From: Mobula hypostoma
Taxonomy: Eukaryota
Assembly (NCBI RefSeq): GCF_963921235.1
Contig: NC_086097.1
Location: 223,326,001-223,390,000, forward strand
Direction: 5' to 3'
DNA length: 64,000 nucleotides
Shown: positions 62,901 to 64,000 of the stretch, in pieces
Layout: each line of letters starts with the position of its first letter
Position numbering within the stretch: the first letter of the stretch is position 1
Position numbers and translations under genes: made by a program
Notes under the pieces: generated by a model
The model's input: only the letters and a program-made list of their open reading frames with translations
What the model was told of the DNA's origin: nothing
Database searches by the model: none

Positions 62901-64000
62901 CCAGATGAGACCATCATCCATCTTCTTTAGGAGTACATGTTTAGCAAGAATGTGATTTCAAAGGCCACCTCAGCAGTGGTCTTTACTGAGGTTCACCCGA
63001 GCAGGAGCGTAACACAGCACTCTCTCATCAGTATTAAAGGAGTAACTGTACACTCGGGAAATAAAGTACATTTTAGGGCAGAAAACTTGAAAGCATTGAT
63101 CATCCATTTATGGAAGCAATATCCCGCTGGAATTTCTGACTGCATCAGAATCAGCAGGGAGTTATTTACAATACTAGCAGACTGAAGAGCCAGGATAAAG
63201 GGCTCCAGCTTTACACTTCCCCTGGCAAAAATCCAAACTGAATTTATCTGTACTACATCTACGGAAAGAATAAATTAAGCCCTCATTATCCATCCCTCCT
63301 TTTCTGTACTTGCTACAACAAAGCATTAGTGGAAGTTTCAATCGGGGAAAAAAACTGAGCTTGCAAACGTGACTTCAAATATGCGTACATTATTGTCAGG
63401 GCATGAGAAGAGCAAGGATTTTAACAGAGGTCAGTATGTTTTTATAATGCATCTCCAAATAATTTCTTTAATTGGTTCTCTGAGCATCTGGTTCTGAATC
63501 ACGACAGTTGGGTTACATTACCTCAGTAAAGTTTAGATTTGCAGCCCTTCACTAAAAGCTGATTATTTCCAGCCAAAGAGCTTGCTCGGTATGTATGTTT
63601 TACACATAGACTATCATTGTGGCAGATGATTTTGTGATGTTATTTAATGAGCTGCTTCATATTACAACACTATAAAATTTAAACATTTTTGACTGAATTA
63701 AAGTTCACTGCAATTGGTTGCAAGATGACACCATAAAATTAGTGCCAAATCTGCTCCCATCTCTTATTTGTATACTAGATTCCATGACATTTGGGGGGGG
63801 GGGCAACAAAGAAATAGAATTTGAGACTATCACAGAATTAAGAAATTGTAGTAAAAGTAACACAATAATCTGGGAGAACCTACTGCTATTCTATTGATAT
63901 TCTTATTTCTATTGCCATACAAGTACTATAGCAAATAATGTAAACTTGTGTAAAGTGAACCAGTTTCTCTTCCTGCAGTATTATTTGAGGACTATATTAT

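Noticed and set aside
61010..64000. Upstream stau2 exon (KSEISLVFEIALKRN region)
   Set aside because: IFEV at about 63380 does not extend into the expected sequence and lacks suitable splice sites.

Overview
This is vertebrate genomic DNA. The repeat families suggest a cartilaginous fish, probably a ray (inference). The window lies inside a Staufen homolog 2 (stau2) gene on the minus strand. Five consecutive coding exons are identifiable with canonical GT-AG sites and consistent phases (61009-60797, 55216-55079, 41998-41867, 41440-41386, 25960-25668). They encode the second half of dsRBD3, dsRBD4, the tubulin-binding-like region, the Staufen-swapping motif and the start of dsRBD5. The rest is intron, densely filled with decayed retroelements (CR1, Rex1/Babar, L1/Tx1, RTE, a Gypsy LTR remnant, Penelope-like elements, tRNA-derived SINEs), a hAT-type MITE and several tandem repeats. 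The most striking non-coding signal is a family of minimal hammerhead-ribozyme motifs (CUGANGA...GAAAC-GUH with a palindromic stem III) in the Penelope-like terminal repeats. The best-preserved copies sit in long inverted repeats at 52.9-54.5 kb, just downstream of a dsRBD4 exon, including a perfect 78-bp hairpin with a 13-bp target-site duplication. Exon coordinates are exact. Transposon boundaries are approximate, read by eye.
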